Of a stretch of DNA of 64,000 nt, positions 37,189 through 57,375 are shown one piece after another. The first letter of the stretch is position 1. Each line of letters opens with the position of its first letter. Source of the stretch: Hormiphora californensis (lineage: Eukaryota; Animalia; Ctenophora); the NCBI GenBank assembly GCA_020137815.1, contig CM035352.1, positions 1,054,001 through 1,118,000 on the forward strand, read 5' to 3'. The position numbers were made by a program, and so were the translations under genes. The notes beneath the pieces were generated by a model that did no database searches, had not been told where the DNA came from, and saw nothing but the letters and a program-made list of their open reading frames with translations.

Positions 37189-37520
37189 TATTTCTCCTAA
37201 TTTCTCAAAAGTTTCCAAACGAGTGTGCCCGTAAATTTCCAAGAATTATCGAGAGAGAGGGAGCTGGAGTCAAAGGGGAGCAAAGCCGCGGCCCAAAGCA
37301 GGAAACGTAACGTGATGTGTATTTTAAAAGTACTTTTGGCACCCGACCCTTTTGTAAGAACCCGGCACTGAAACTTTATTATGGGCTATCATAATACTAA
37401 TGGGCACTATTATGTAAAGCAACAACTTATATTATGTAAAATCACAAACAATTCGGTTTAGAAATCAATATTTATTTTACACAAATTAGCAACCAAATAT
37501 AAACAACTCAATTATTGTCC

Positions 37521-39548
37521 TCACATTTCAATTTCACTCAAACTCAAATCACTGGGCTCACTCACAACAGGAACCTTCTTTTTTGAGGGTTTTTTGGTGG
37601 CAACAATCTTAGTTTTCTTAGCAACCTTCTTCGGCTTTTTCCTTTTACCAGCTGAATTCTTTTCCTCATTCTCCTTCTCAGATAAATCATCGTCTTCATC
37701 GGAGCCGTAGAAAACATCAAAAGCTTGGGGCGGTTTCTTACCAATTGCAATCTTCTTGGAAGGAGGTTTCTTTGAAGCAGCATCTGATCCTGGGGATGGT
37801 GGTAGTTCTACTCTCTCTTCTCTTCTATCTCCTCATCACCACTTGTATCTAGGGGTTCTTCAATCGCCGGGGAAAGAGGAGGAGGAGGAGACGCAGCAGG
37901 TACTACCTTTTTAGACTTTTTAACAGCAGGTAATTTTGCAGGTTTCTTAGTTGGTTCAGGTTCAGGTTCAGGTGCAGGTTCAGGTTCATCCATACTCAAC
38001 TCATCATCATCCTCAGGCTCAGGCTCAGGCTCCTCAAGCAATTGTGGCAATTCCTCCTCCTCCTCCTTTTCTCTCTCCTCTTCTAAAAGCTTCTTCTCTT
38101 CCTCAAGTTGCTTTTTAGTTTTCTTTTTAGCCTTCTTAGGAGCAGCCTTCTTGGGAGCCGCTGTTTTCTTCTGAGCTGCTGTTTTTGGTGGTGGCTTAGT
38201 AAGGTCTGCAATCACCTCTTTCTTCTTCTTTTTTGGTGCTGCCTTCTTTACTACCTTGCTCTCTACCTTGTCTTTGGGCAGACGGCCCTTCTTTTTAGTT
38301 GGCTTCTTAGCTGCTGGTTTCTCATCCTCGGCTCCTTCATCGCCGGAATCTGATCCCTCATCGTCTGACACGGCAGCTGTTTTTGAGGTGGCTTTCTTGG
38401 GCTTCTTAGATTTGGTCTTGGTAGGTTTCTGGTCCGCCAGCTTCATGTGCCCTGGGGGAGGGGAGGGGGTTATATTTGAGACGAACATAACACGCGAAAA
38501 GGCTTCACTGATTCAGTCGTGTGTGATCCGGTGATTACTGATTGGTGGCACACGCCAAGTAAAATCAGGCTTCAAAAAACTATCTGAAGTACCTACATGA
38601 CGGAAATCTGACACGTCTTATTGAGTAAGGTGTCACCACTTATTAAACAAGACACAGCTATAATAGGTGACGGGTGTTATACGAGGGTGTGTGACTAATT
38701 AATTACACAATTACATAATGAGGGCATAGTCACCTGTTAATCCACGCCCTGTAATGTTAATAACTTGATCCTTGGCTATCATCTTTTTCAGTGCCACCTT
38801 TATCTGTCCTGCAGAAAATGGAGTCGCATTATTTATCTCAATAAAAGACACGCTGAAATCGGAATTGCCTATCTAAATCGTTAATTAGTTGCCAATTAAT
38901 TACCTGTTGCACGTTCCTGATTTGAGAACTCGTGGTTTTGTAGGATGAACTTTACCGTCGCTGAAGTCGTGGTACCCTTGTACCTCTTTCGACCAGCTAG
39001 AAATACGTGATTAGAGATCTAATGAGCACAGTGACAACAAGTTTCCACCGAAATTCAAGATGGTGCGAACAAAGAGGGCGCGACGTGCCAATGATGGATT
39101 CATAGAAGTTTTCAGGGACAGTAGGAGCAGCAGGTCGGGGTATAAAATGGGAACATAATGGACTATGGTAAGACATAGATAAGGAAGGATCTAGTTGGTT
39201 GTTACATCAGGGAACAACTCACATTTGGTCAGCGGATCTACCAGTTGAGCATCCACCTCTTTCAGCGACTTCATTGCCTCTGTTATTAGCTGTGTGAATG
39301 GTTTAGGTTTGGGTCCCCCCACCGCCGTGTCCCCATTTTCTGTCATTTGTTCCTAGGAATATGTTGGGATCATTTGAGCGGAATGGAGATATGACGTGTT
39401 GAAAACACTCCCTGCTGCGACTCAACTTGACCAGTGACTCTAAACACTCGTCATCATGGCTGATACTCTCTAAAAGATACTCTCTCTGATCTCTCTCTTT
39501 AGATTGTGAGATTGTGAGATACTCAATCTTTACAAGCTGAAAGGTCAT
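37521..39548 (-). CDS. Divergent intron-containing linker histone H1/H5-domain protein with long mixed basic/acidic tail
   Basis: The spliced N-terminus MTFQL|LITEAMKSLKEVDAQLVDPLTK|SGRKRYKGTTTSATVKFILQNHEFSNQERAT|GQIKVALKKMIAKDQVINITGRGLT|GHMKL matches the H15 winged-helix pattern. Approximate exons 39548-39534, 39289-39223, 38996-38904, 38808-38734 and 38451-37521. The K/A/P-rich tail has a likely 2-nt error in the AG run at ~37810. Confidence 0.82.
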
Positions 39549-39614
39549 CAGAGGCACTGAACTGGCACACCTGCTACTCAAAACGCAATTCTCAATAACA
39601 CAAGCTAATTGAGA

Positions 39615-39665
<51 letters not shown>

Positions 39666-39702
39666 GAGAGAGATGAGGAGGAAGAGAGAGGAGAGGAGAG
39701 AG

Positions 39703-39754
<52 letters not shown>

Positions 39755-40082
39755 ACACAGCAAGTTTCAAATCATTTCAATCGTGCGTTACAAATTGTTT
39801 AGATCGTTTTCTCCTGTGAGTCTCTGTAAAGCTTGCAACAATTTTCACACAACAAAGAGTATAGCTCTGCAAAGTAAGTAGTCTGCTAAACACTGATAGT
39901 ACGCTCCTATCAGCTCGTTCGGAGAGGGAGATAAGTTCCTGGATCAGCTCCCATATCTCCTACCTAGTATAAACTGCTACAGATCTCATGTCAGAATCTA
40001 AAACTATTGATGAATGATGGCACTCCCCCGCTCACATCTCATTCCAGCACTAATTACTAACTCATATCCTTTTTGCAGAACG

Positions 40083-41107
40083 ATGAAGTACAGAGAGGAG
40101 CCGAGTGTCAATATCCTGTCCCTCCTTCGGGCTTCTGCTATATTTGGGGCGATGGAGTTTGTGTATAGCGCCGAGACAGCCTACTCAACCCCACTCCTTG
40201 AAGCAGCGGGGATAGATGAGCGGTTCACTGCCCTAACGTGGTCAATTAGCCCCATAATAGGTACATTAGCCTGGTCAAACAACCAATCTTGTTTGTCGTG
40301 TCCTCCTCGCCCCTTCAGTCCTCACTACTAGTACTAACTAAGAATAACTCTCCACAGGTTTTCTGATGCAGCCCCTGATAGGAATTCTCTCGGACCGGTG
40401 TCTGTGTGCCTGGGGAAGGAGGAAACCATTCATTTTGATGCTCGCCCTGATCATCTTTACTGCTTCCATCATTCTCCCCTCTGAGTCGAGATGTCGGGGG
40501 TTACCTGGGCATGGTGTTTGACAGTTCTCCCCACCATCATCACCGCTATTGTCACCATTACCGCCGTTATTGTAAGCCTGACACTGTGTATGAACAATTC
40601 AAAGTATAACATCACCACTGTTATTATAGCCCTAGTTTTATACTGCAAGTAGAGACAGTGGGCTCTACTTTTCATAGATTTAGGAACTTTTGAATCATAG
40701 ATCAACATTTATGGATCACATTACCCCATTCAATCTGTTTATAAAATCTAACACAATAACTCAGATGCTGGACATATGTAACGACTCCATACACACCCCA
40801 CTGCGAGCATTCCTGGCAGATGCCTTCCCTCGAACTAAAGAGGTCCAAGAAACGAGTAACACCCTGTATTCTATTGTAGGTAAGTTTAGACATGTACCAC
40901 CCTGTATTATATTGTAGGTAAGTTTAGAAAGGTACCTATAATACTTCCTATACTATTCTGTTCGTGGCATGTTTTTGTGTGAGTTTCCGACCAACAGCGG
41001 CCCCTTTTGGCCCCCCTTATGGCCCCCCTGTTCGCGGGCAACAGAGCACTGGGGGTAACTCATCTGTCACAACATTGCCCCCTGTTTCCTGCTCACAAAC
41101 CGGAACA

Positions 41108-41180
<73 letters not shown>

Positions 41181-44142
41181 TCTAAAATTTACGAGCCCTA
41201 AATGATAATTCACACCTTTTTTCATATAATAACAATATTTTTTCACATACAGCTCAAATTCTAAAGAACTCACCCCCTCACACCTTGTCTCAGTTGACAA
41301 CTCACCCGCTCAGACTTGTAAAACTATTCAACGTATTTCAGGTGGTTTCGGAGGTATGCTTGGCTATGTTCTGTGTGCCGTTGATACCTCCTGTTTAGGG
41401 GTCTACATCGAACAGCTGACCGGGTCTACTCAATATAACCAGGAGAAAGCTGTTTTTGGGGTAAGAAAATGTGACTATTATCCATTAAAATGTCAGAGTA
41501 TTGAGTGCGGGAGCACCGTTGGCTCCATTGCAACCTATTCTCGCGCGCGACGTCGATCTCACTCAGGTATCAATGTGGCCAAGGAGCACCGTAGTCAGAG
41601 CATTGACCTGACAGCCACTAAATTGATAATGAAGTCGACACCAGAACATAATGATCAATCCCATGTTGTTCCCAGGTTGTATATTTCCTTTTATCAGCTC
41701 TATAACCAGCTTCTCTCTCTCAAGGTGTGTGTTGTTGTTTTGGTTACAGGAGCGGTTGTCACCCTAACCTCTCGAAAAGAACGGAACCCCAATCTGGCCG
41801 AGACGGAACCTCTGTTGCCAAGGAAGCGGAGCATTCTAAAGACGAGTGATGAGGAAAACCCTGAGATTATTTTCAACTGCATCGAAGGTTAGATTAATGA
41901 TCCTATTTCCCATTTCTGTTCATACCAATTAAATATGAATAAAAAATATCTCCACTAAAATTCAATTACCTCCCAATTACCCCCCAACTACTTCTAAGTT
42001 ACCCCTCAATTACCTCTCCATTACCTCTCCATTACCTCTCCATTACCTCTCCATTACCTCTCAACTACCACTCCATTACCTCTCCATTACCTCTCCATTA
42101 CCTCTCCATTACCTCTCAATTACCTCTCAATTACCTCTCAATTACCTCTCAATTACCTCTCAATTACCTCTCCATTACCTCTCAATTACCTCTCCATTAC
42201 CTCTCCATTACCTCTCCAGATGATGAAGATCAGCATGGCCCTATCGAGTTGTCAACCCTTATCAGATCTATAATCCACATCCCCAAACAATTGGCAACCC
42301 TCCTTCTAGTCCAGTTCCTTACCAGTACCATTATGTTTAGCTACTTCCTCTATTTCACCACTTTTGTCGCAAAACAGGTGTTCCAAGCCGAACCTGGAAC
42401 TGAACTCTTCACAACAGGTGAACTATGGGTGAACTTTTAATAATTAATTCTATGGGTGTTTAATTCCTATGGGTGAAATGTTATTATTCAATTGGGATTC
42501 CAAGACTAACTTAAATCCTAACTTAAATCCTCGTGCGACGGGCAGCCCCTAAACCAGCTTTGTCAAGTTAGACTGCCATTCGCGCAAATGCAAAACCAGC
42601 TATGCTAATTGTCTATACCGTGACACCGTGTATTTCAGGTGTGAGATGGGGCTGTATTGGAATGGCCGTAATGTCGGTGACCTGTATAAGTTTTAGTTTC
42701 ATCATCCCATCCCTCATAGACAGGTATAATGACGATAAAAAATCGTAAAATTGTACCATGGCAATTTGAAAAATTTACCAATTTTAACATTTAATCCCTC
42801 TCTCTCCAGGTCGTCTATCAAGGCAATTTACTTTGTCAGCCACATCTTTGCAGCCCTTGGGTTTGGCTTCCTGCCCTCTTACTGCGGGAAGGTTTCAGTT
42901 ATTCTATTCAGCGTTTGCCCAGGAATTATCAACTCTGTTTACCTAGTCCTCCCCTTCATCCTTCTCTCCCAAATTCACCAATTACCAGAGATCAGAGCAG
43001 AGAGGGGATTCGGGACAGATGTGTCCCTAATAGTTTCAGCGACATTCCTTAGCCAGGTACCCTAATAATAGATGGAGGTGCCGGCCTGAGCTGAATCAAA
43101 ACGGGTTTGCGACCGCCCGACAGGTTTAGGCCAGCACATTTTGTAGTTTTGGCGCGTAGCATGCTGCTGCGCGTGGTTATTTCCCACGGCTTGTCAAAAC
43201 CTCGCGCGAAGAACCTTATTCTTCTGTCACCGCGCGCTACGTCAATGGAGAAAAGAAAATTGCGACATATGTGGGGCACTGCACTGCTGATCGTTCGACG
43301 TTCCCAAAACCTAAATCATCCCCATCCCCAGGTGGCCCTTAATCTGTTCTTGGGGTTCGTGTTGGAGGCGGCTGGTATCAACATTGTTATGTATACAGGA
43401 TGTGTTGTGGCATGTTTAGGTGCTTTCGTGAGTCTAAGTCTACCTACAATTGAACAAGATTTCCCATCCTTCAAAACAATTTCAACCATATCACTCGGTG
43501 AGTAGAATCGCATATTGGGTTCGATAGAGGGCGCCAGCTGCTGTTCAGATTATAGATCAGTGTAAATTTGTGCAAGGTCCAGTGACTCTAGACATGCTTT
43601 GTGAGATAAGACCATGCTGTCTGGTGAGCGGTGTCCCCTGTCTAAAACACACTTTAGAAAATCCAATTATCCCCTTGTGCCTATTGTATGTCCCCCAACT
43701 AAACAGGACATAAAGACGAGGTGGGGCCAGACAACAACGGGCATTGGACTGACAGTGGTTGCTGGACAGAACATCTTGCTAACAGGGATACTAACATGAC
43801 CAACAACCAACCGAACGTACATATCTGACAATACAAATCTAAGTCTAAAGTGAAACGACAACGAACTGGCTGCACGTCGCGCATGTGAAACTCACCTGTG
43901 AGATCGTTATGTGCAACGAGTGCGCGACGTGCAGCCAGTTCGTTTCTCTCTCCCTCCACATCCCTCTCTCTAACCATCTCCCCTCTCCCCCAGCTGGTTC
44001 ATTGATAGGAAACAGACGGAACCTTCTCATGTCCAGCACAACAATTCCAGAGGAGCCCTACCCAGTATATGATGACCTCATGTCAGAACCACCAGCTAGA
44101 TCACCACGACGAGTCAGTTTCTCAACCCGATCACTTCTCTGA
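40083..44142 (+). CDS. SLC45A: SLC45-family (MATP/AIM-1-like) H+/sugar transporter, MFS fold
   Basis: [94 protein letters not shown] and RGFGTDVSL are characteristic. Approximate exons 40083-40260, 40358-40571, 40765-40879, 41342-41460, 41724-41887, 42220-42417, 42639-42723, 42810-43056, 43332-43497 and 43993-44142. The symbol is family-level only. Confidence 0.9.
41964..42218 (+). repeat. 11-bp intronic repeat (TTACCTCTCCA/TTACCTCTCAA)n ending at the SLC45 acceptor
   Basis: About 20 copies; the final unit ends CTCTCCAG|ATGATG. Confidence 0.92.
43860..43944. repeat. 85-bp hairpin/mini-MITE with perfect 24-bp arms
   Basis: AACGAACTGGCTGCACGTCGCGCA (43860-43883) and its exact reverse complement (43921-43944), about 50 bp upstream of the last SLC45 acceptor. 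Confidence 0.85.
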
Positions 44143-45068
44143 TCTCAGAGAGCTGATTGGAATAGACCCTCCAAATCTCTGATTCTCTGATCTCAGAGCG
44201 AGCCATGTAATGAACCCTCCAAAGGAAAATAACCCAACCAGAACATAACAACAGTGACACTGCTGAATATCCTTTGTAGCGATAACTGTTATTTGTGAAG
44301 ATTTATTTAAAGGGTTTTTTAGGAAACTAAACACAAGTTGGTTCAGAGAGTTTTGTGAAAAAATCTTTTGTTCATTTGTTTACACACAGTGTGGAATGGG
44401 TGCAGATCATGTCGTCCAACAAGTCTCTCTCTATCTTTCTATCCTTCTATCGCTTTATCTCTCTCTATCTCTCTATCTATCTTTCTCTCTCTCTCACTCT
44501 TAGCTTAGTCTATATGGGGATGGAGGGATAGAGAAGTTTGTTTGACGACATGCTATCTCAGAGATAATATGTTAATACCCTGTTAATAATGGTCATCAGA
44601 ACTTCTACAAAAAGTGTTACCATGAAAACAGATAAAGTCGGTTCTACCGGCATGATAATATTAACACGTCACATGCATTTGTCAGAGCTATAATTCCTAT
44701 GCATCATTATTTCTGGGCAGATAAAATGGCAAACTGTTGACAAAATACTTCGTATTGTTTTTATTGTTCTTTTTGTTGCTCATTCTAACAGATCGATTCT
44801 CAATTTAATCAACTGTTTCAAATCTCAAATGTTTTAAATCTCAGGAATTCAACAAAAAAGTTTGTGTTTCACACAAGCCTGTTGTGTCACAACAGTTCAG
44901 CTCTCCGTATCCCCGGATCGAGCATTCTACAGGACACCAAGCCTATAAAACTAACAAGTGTTTCACACTTCAGAGTTTCTACTAACACTAAGCACTTGCT
45001 CCAAAGGTGTTATCACTTGCTCCAAAGGAGTTATCACTTGCTCCAAAGGTGTTATCACTGCGTCAGAT

Positions 45069-51891
<6,823 letters not shown>

Positions 51892-52774
51892 TGTGGTGGG
51901 GGGGGAAAGGGGGTAGGGAAAAAAATGGGCCCCCCTGTACTAGGGAAAAACCAAAATCCGGGAATTTGGGGGGGGGGTGGGGGTGAACTCAGGGGGGGGG
52001 GGAATTTTGAGGGGAACTAAGGGGGGGGGTTTTGGGGGAAAGAGGAAACTCATAAAGGGGGGGGGTAAAAGGGTACTTGGGAGGGGGGGCAAAAGGGGAA
52101 CCTTTTAAAAAAACCCTAATAAGGTGAAAAAGGGGGGGGGCAATAGGGGGGTTTTGGGGGGGGGGGGTTTGGGTTTAAAACGGGGGGCGGGGGGGGGGGG
52201 GCTTTCGGGGGGGGGGTTTGGGGGGGGGGGGGGGGGGGGCTTGGGCTTGGGAGAAGGGAAAGGGGTAAGGGGGGGGGGGGAAAGAGATGAACTTAGGGGG
52301 GGGGTTGAGAAAAAGGGAGAGGGGGGTGCAAATGGGGATAAACAGAAGAGAGAGAGGGAGGGCAATAGAGGATGTCAAGAGTTTCTCTATTTTTGGTATC
52401 AGGGTTTAAAACGGGGGGGGGGGTTTCCCCCACAAACCCATCACTGAGCCCCTTGGTAACTTGGTGTGGTGTTTTTTTGTTGGTTGTCCGAACCCATCCC
52501 ACGACCCACCTTTCTTTCACCATCATTCCCTATAATACATGCATAAAATGAAGTTTTTTATTGAGAACATTTTTGATCCAGGGACGAGAGAAATACTGCA
52601 GGAAACGCCGAAAAAAGTAAACCAACCAGAACTCTTATATGGGTCAGTTGACGGGTTTATCACCCCAATCAGGGACCTTTTTCCTGATTCGGTAGTTCCT
52701 GAAAAATAACACAATATAAAGAATCCCCCCATACTCCCAAGACTAGTTTTCTCTATCACTAGCAAAGGCGAGTA

Positions 52775-53832
52775 CCGCGTGGCCCCAAATTTAAAGGGGG
52801 GGTACGTTGGCCCTTTTCCCCCAAATTTAATTTAAATCCTTGATATTTGACACAATGTTTTGGGGGGTTATCATTGGGGAATCCGAATTTCAGCCCTGGA
52901 AAAAATTTCATTTTTTCGACCGAATAAATTTAAATGAACACCAATGTGGGGCCATTTTTCGGTACCAAAGTTTCCCAAATTTTTTGGCTTCGATTTTTTT
53001 CGAAGGGGACAGTTTAAGCTTAATTGGATCCCACAAAAAATCAAGTGACCCTTTTTTCAAAAAAAGCCTGGGGGTAAGTCATTGATCTCCTAAAATTTAT
53101 ACTTTTAGAAAAGAAGCTTACTTTTTAACGGAGCTGTATCGGTACACCATCCCTAGCGGGACGTGTACGTGATACTCGCCCGTTACACCCTTTTTGGATT
53201 TTAGAATGACGCTTCGTCTCATTGGGTGTCAGAGCCCAAAACCTGGGGTTAGTTTAACTAAAACCCTTGCCTTGTGGTGGCCCAATGGAGCTAAAATTAG
53301 CGCTTTTGAAAGGAAACGATACCCGAGGGCTGTAAACCCCCGTTCCAAAAAGCTTCCTTTTTTAAAATTTCATTCAGGATTTTCCGTCGAAAATAAATTT
53401 TAAGATGAGAGAAAATTTCCGGTAAAATCAAATGATCAAAGTAGGGCCGACAGATTTTTTAGCGCCGAATTTACCGTTTTCTGGTCAAAACGGGCAAAAT
53501 CGATTTTTGGTAAAAAATATCACTTTAAAAACTTTTTCACCCACAAAACTTGATTAAATTTTCAAAAAAATTCAGTTTGCCATTTGTTGATATTCCTCAT
53601 TGTATGGCGGTTTTTTAAATAATAAAATCGAATTTAAACAAGAAAAACCCCAAAAAACCCAAAAAAAAAGAAAAATTTAGTTCATTAATGAACTTTCAAC
53701 TTTTCGATTTAAAAAATTCGGACTCCTCGAATGAGACCCATGGACATTTTGTCAAATACCAAGTGATTGAAATTAAAAATTTTGGGTGAAAAGAAGGCCA
53801 AGTACCCCCCTTTTAAATTTGGGCCCCCGCGG
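52775..53832. mobile_element. Non-autonomous TIR element flanked by TA (Tc1/mariner/pogo-like MITE), degraded or poorly sequenced
   Basis: TA|CCGCGTGGCCCCAAATTTAAAGGGGGGGTAC..TTGGCC at the left end and GGCCAAGTACCCCCCTTTTAAATTTGGGCCCCCGCGG|TA at the right end. Confidence 0.65.
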
Positions 53833-56800
53833 TAGTAGCCGACACCTCCTGAACAATGAACAATTGATCAGAACAATAAACAATTCAAAAAGCGAAACAC
53901 AATTTCTAGTTCCGACACAGCGGAAGATCAGGAATATTTTATTTTATGTAAGATAGAGACATGTGGGAGGGGAGGAAAGCAAAAAATGCAGTTCATGTTT
54001 AGTATTCGGACATAAATAATGGAACAACATATAAAACAAGGGAAAATGCGTTTAAAAAAAAAAGGGTTATGGTAAGTGAGAAGGGAGGGGAGGAAGAAAA
54101 AGGAGAAGGAAAAGAGAAAAAAAAAGGGAAAAGGAGAGAGAAAGGGGGAGGGCCAAGGAGAGGGGGGAAAAGAGAAGAGAAGAGAGCGAGAGGGGAAAAA
54201 GAGGGGAGGATTGGAAGGAGAGGGGACAGAGAGAGAAGAGAGGGGGAAACAACACAGAACAGTGCCTTTTGAAAATGTGGAGAGGTGAACCTAACCCCCT
54301 TACCCCCCCCGTCCAATCAAGTCTTACTTCCGGGACCCTTTACACTACCCTCGGAGTGAGGGGAGAGGAGGGGGGGAGGGGGGAGGAGTGATGTTAGAGA
54401 GAGTATTTGGGAAAGGGGAAAAGAGGGGGTTTTGGGGAAAGAATGCACAGTTTACAGTGAAAGAAAGAGGGGAGCTTGGAGAGAAAACAACAAGGCAACT
54501 AACTTGGGTGCAGTTGACAGAGAGAAATTCTGTAAAAATAGTTAAGAGGGGGGAAAAAAGAGATAAAAAGATAGACGGATAGAAAATGATAAAATTAGAT
54601 AGGTGGATAGAAAATGATAAACTATATTGTAGGTACAATGGACATTGACAATACTGATGAAGTGAGGTCTTATTAAGGTAAAAGGGTTTCCCCCTTAACC
54701 ATTCGTGATTTTTCAGACAAATGAATAACAGCATCTGAATGAAGAATTGAAGAGAGAAGAAGTGAATGAACAAAAATTACACGTGCTTTTATTATTGAAA
54801 ACTGTCCACACTCAAACCCCGCTAAACACAAACACACTCACAAGAAGCCACAGATGAGTTATACTAGCGGTGTGTATGTAGTGTGACTATAGGAAAGTCC
54901 AATCAGTCAATTCCAAACACAAATGAACAGATGATTCAAGAGAGAGGCAGGTCCGGGTACATTTGATTCGAACACTAACCACCATCTATGAGGGACACCT
55001 CTGAGGAAAAGGAAAGGAGGAAAAGGAAGGGGGTAAGAGGAGAGAGAAGAAGAGAGAATAGAAAGAGAGAACCAAGAGGAGAAGACAAAGACAGAGAGAG
55101 CAGAGAGAAGAGGGGAAAGAGATAGAGAGAGTTTTAAATAAGAGAAGGACAGAGTTTAATAAGCGATTTTAATGCGATCCTCCTCCCAATTAATCTATAT
55201 TCGAACGCAAATATCTAGCAAGGGGGTTCTTTCACTGATCGATTTCGAACCCCCCAAAAGGGTCGAGCAGTTTTGGGATCGAGTTTTTCCCCCCCAATGA
55301 GGGGGTTTTTTAAAAAATTTTCGAGAGAGGGGTGATTTTAAGAGAAGGCGTTTTGCATTTTCATGGGAGCGCCTGCGGGGAAAATAGTAACAGAGAGGAG
55401 GAAAATAGTAACAGAGAGGAAGAGAGAGGGAGGGATGAGGAAGAGAGAGGGAGAATCACTGTTAGAATGAAAGGAACAAAGAACAACAGTTGAGCCAAGT
55501 ATCACACTTTGCCTCTTCTCTGTGCTAAACTTACTTTTAAAATGAGTATGAACTAAACTGGTTGGTTGGAGCGGCTAGGTGCTTTTTGGAGCTCCCTGTA
55601 GAACTAAACTGAAAATACAAAAAAAATTAGAAAGCATTAGTAAGCTGCATCTTTATTCTTTGGTAATGAAACTACCCCTCCGCGTTATAATGGCTCAATA
55701 TAATAACAGTGGTGACTTCGTAACCAAGCTACAGCTGTGAAGGGGATGAGAAGAAGGGAACAGATTGCACAATATCATTGTGATAAATTAGTCACGTGAC
55801 ATTCAGCTCCTTTGCTACATGTAAAGTACACTCAATGTATAGCTGTAGCCTGTATATTGTATATGCTACATAATGTATAGAATGACAGGATTCTACAACC
55901 TATTACTACGTATATATCGCAATGCTCAACTGTCATAAAACTGTTCATAATGATTTGGCAAGAAAAAGGCAAGATAATAGGAATGATCTGGAACAAATAT
56001 TTAAATCGAAGGTCTTCGAAGGTTAGAGAAGAACAGAACAGATTTAAAGATTGGCCAATATATGAGCTGTCTGAGAGAAAACATTGGGTGGACAAGTCAG
56101 ACGATATGTCATCTTTAAGGTGTGTGTGTGTGTTTTAGGTGGGGCCGGAAGAGAACAAACCCCCTCAGAGAAAAAGAGGGGAGTCCTAAGAAAATGTCGA
56201 AAATAGGAGAGATAGAATGAGAGAAGAGGAGAGGCAGAGAGAGAGAGGAGCGAGAGAGAGAGAGAAGAGAGAGAGAGAAGGAGAGCAGAGAGAAGAGAGG
56301 AGATAGAGAGATAGAGAGAGTAGAGGGAGAGAGAGAGAGCAAGAGCTAGCAAAGAGAGAGAGAAGAGTAGAGATGCTAGAGAGAGAGATAGTGTGTGAGA
56401 GGATAGGACAAAGATACGGGCTTACGATGAAAATGGACGAAGATATGACGACGTGAGAGATGAGGCAGCAGTGCTTAGCATGGTATTTTGGCCGGTTTCC
56501 AACCAACAGTGCAATATCTCTTGAGGAAGAGAACAGTCTCTATACCTCTCTCTCTTATATCCTCATATATCTCTCTCTCTCTCCCTTTTTCTCTCTCCCT
56601 GGCCTTTCCCACAAACTCTCTTCCACACTATTTCTCAATCTATTATTTTTGTTCTTCTCACCGTATTCCAAGCTACATCTCTCTCACCTTCACTACCAAC
56701 CAATTAATATACATCAACAGCTCCCCTTTTCATCTCAGGGAGATACCGGAAATTATATGGTAAATCAGGTCTGAAATTTACCATGGATCAAAATGTTATC

Positions 56801-57320
56801 CCCCGCCATCTCCCAATCAATTTAACTCGTACCACTAACTCAATAACCCCCATGCCACAAATGATACACATTATATTTACTACCCTAGTTACTCATAGAA
56901 TACTTCTCACAAAACGGAGCTACAAATATAACGCAAATAAGGACCACCTCTGCTCTGCAAGGCCCCGTCTGTCCTTTTCTTTCTCTCTCATCTTTCTCAC
57001 TCCTCTTCTCTCTATCTCTCTCACCCTATCACTCTTCTTCTCTCTCCTTCTCTTAGTAATAATTAGGTGTTCGAAAGAATGTTATATATTGTGGATAGAG
57101 GAGGTTATTAACCTTAACCGACCGAGACTCCCCTTTGCTACTGCCCTTTGCTCTTTTTCTTATCCCAACCTCTCTCTTTTTCTCTCTTCTTTCTCTCTTC
57201 CTCTCTCTCTTCTAAAAGCTAATAACTAGAACCGCATATTCAATCCAGGCTGTTAGTGTGTCAGTCAGAGCTAGTAAGCACTCGTTAAAAACTGAGAGAG
57301 AGAAAGATAGATAGAGAGAA

Positions 57321-57375
<55 letters not shown>

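Noticed and set aside
37790-37811. 22-nt GT-AG micro-intron in the H1 gene
   Set aside because: Too short for the other introns here, and the sequence reads as coding (VELPPSP); an indel in the AG run is simpler.
44131-44225. tRNA/SINE-like sequence
   Set aside because: No cloverleaf or proper A/B boxes; it is just a short local duplication (TTCTCTGATCTCAGAG twice).
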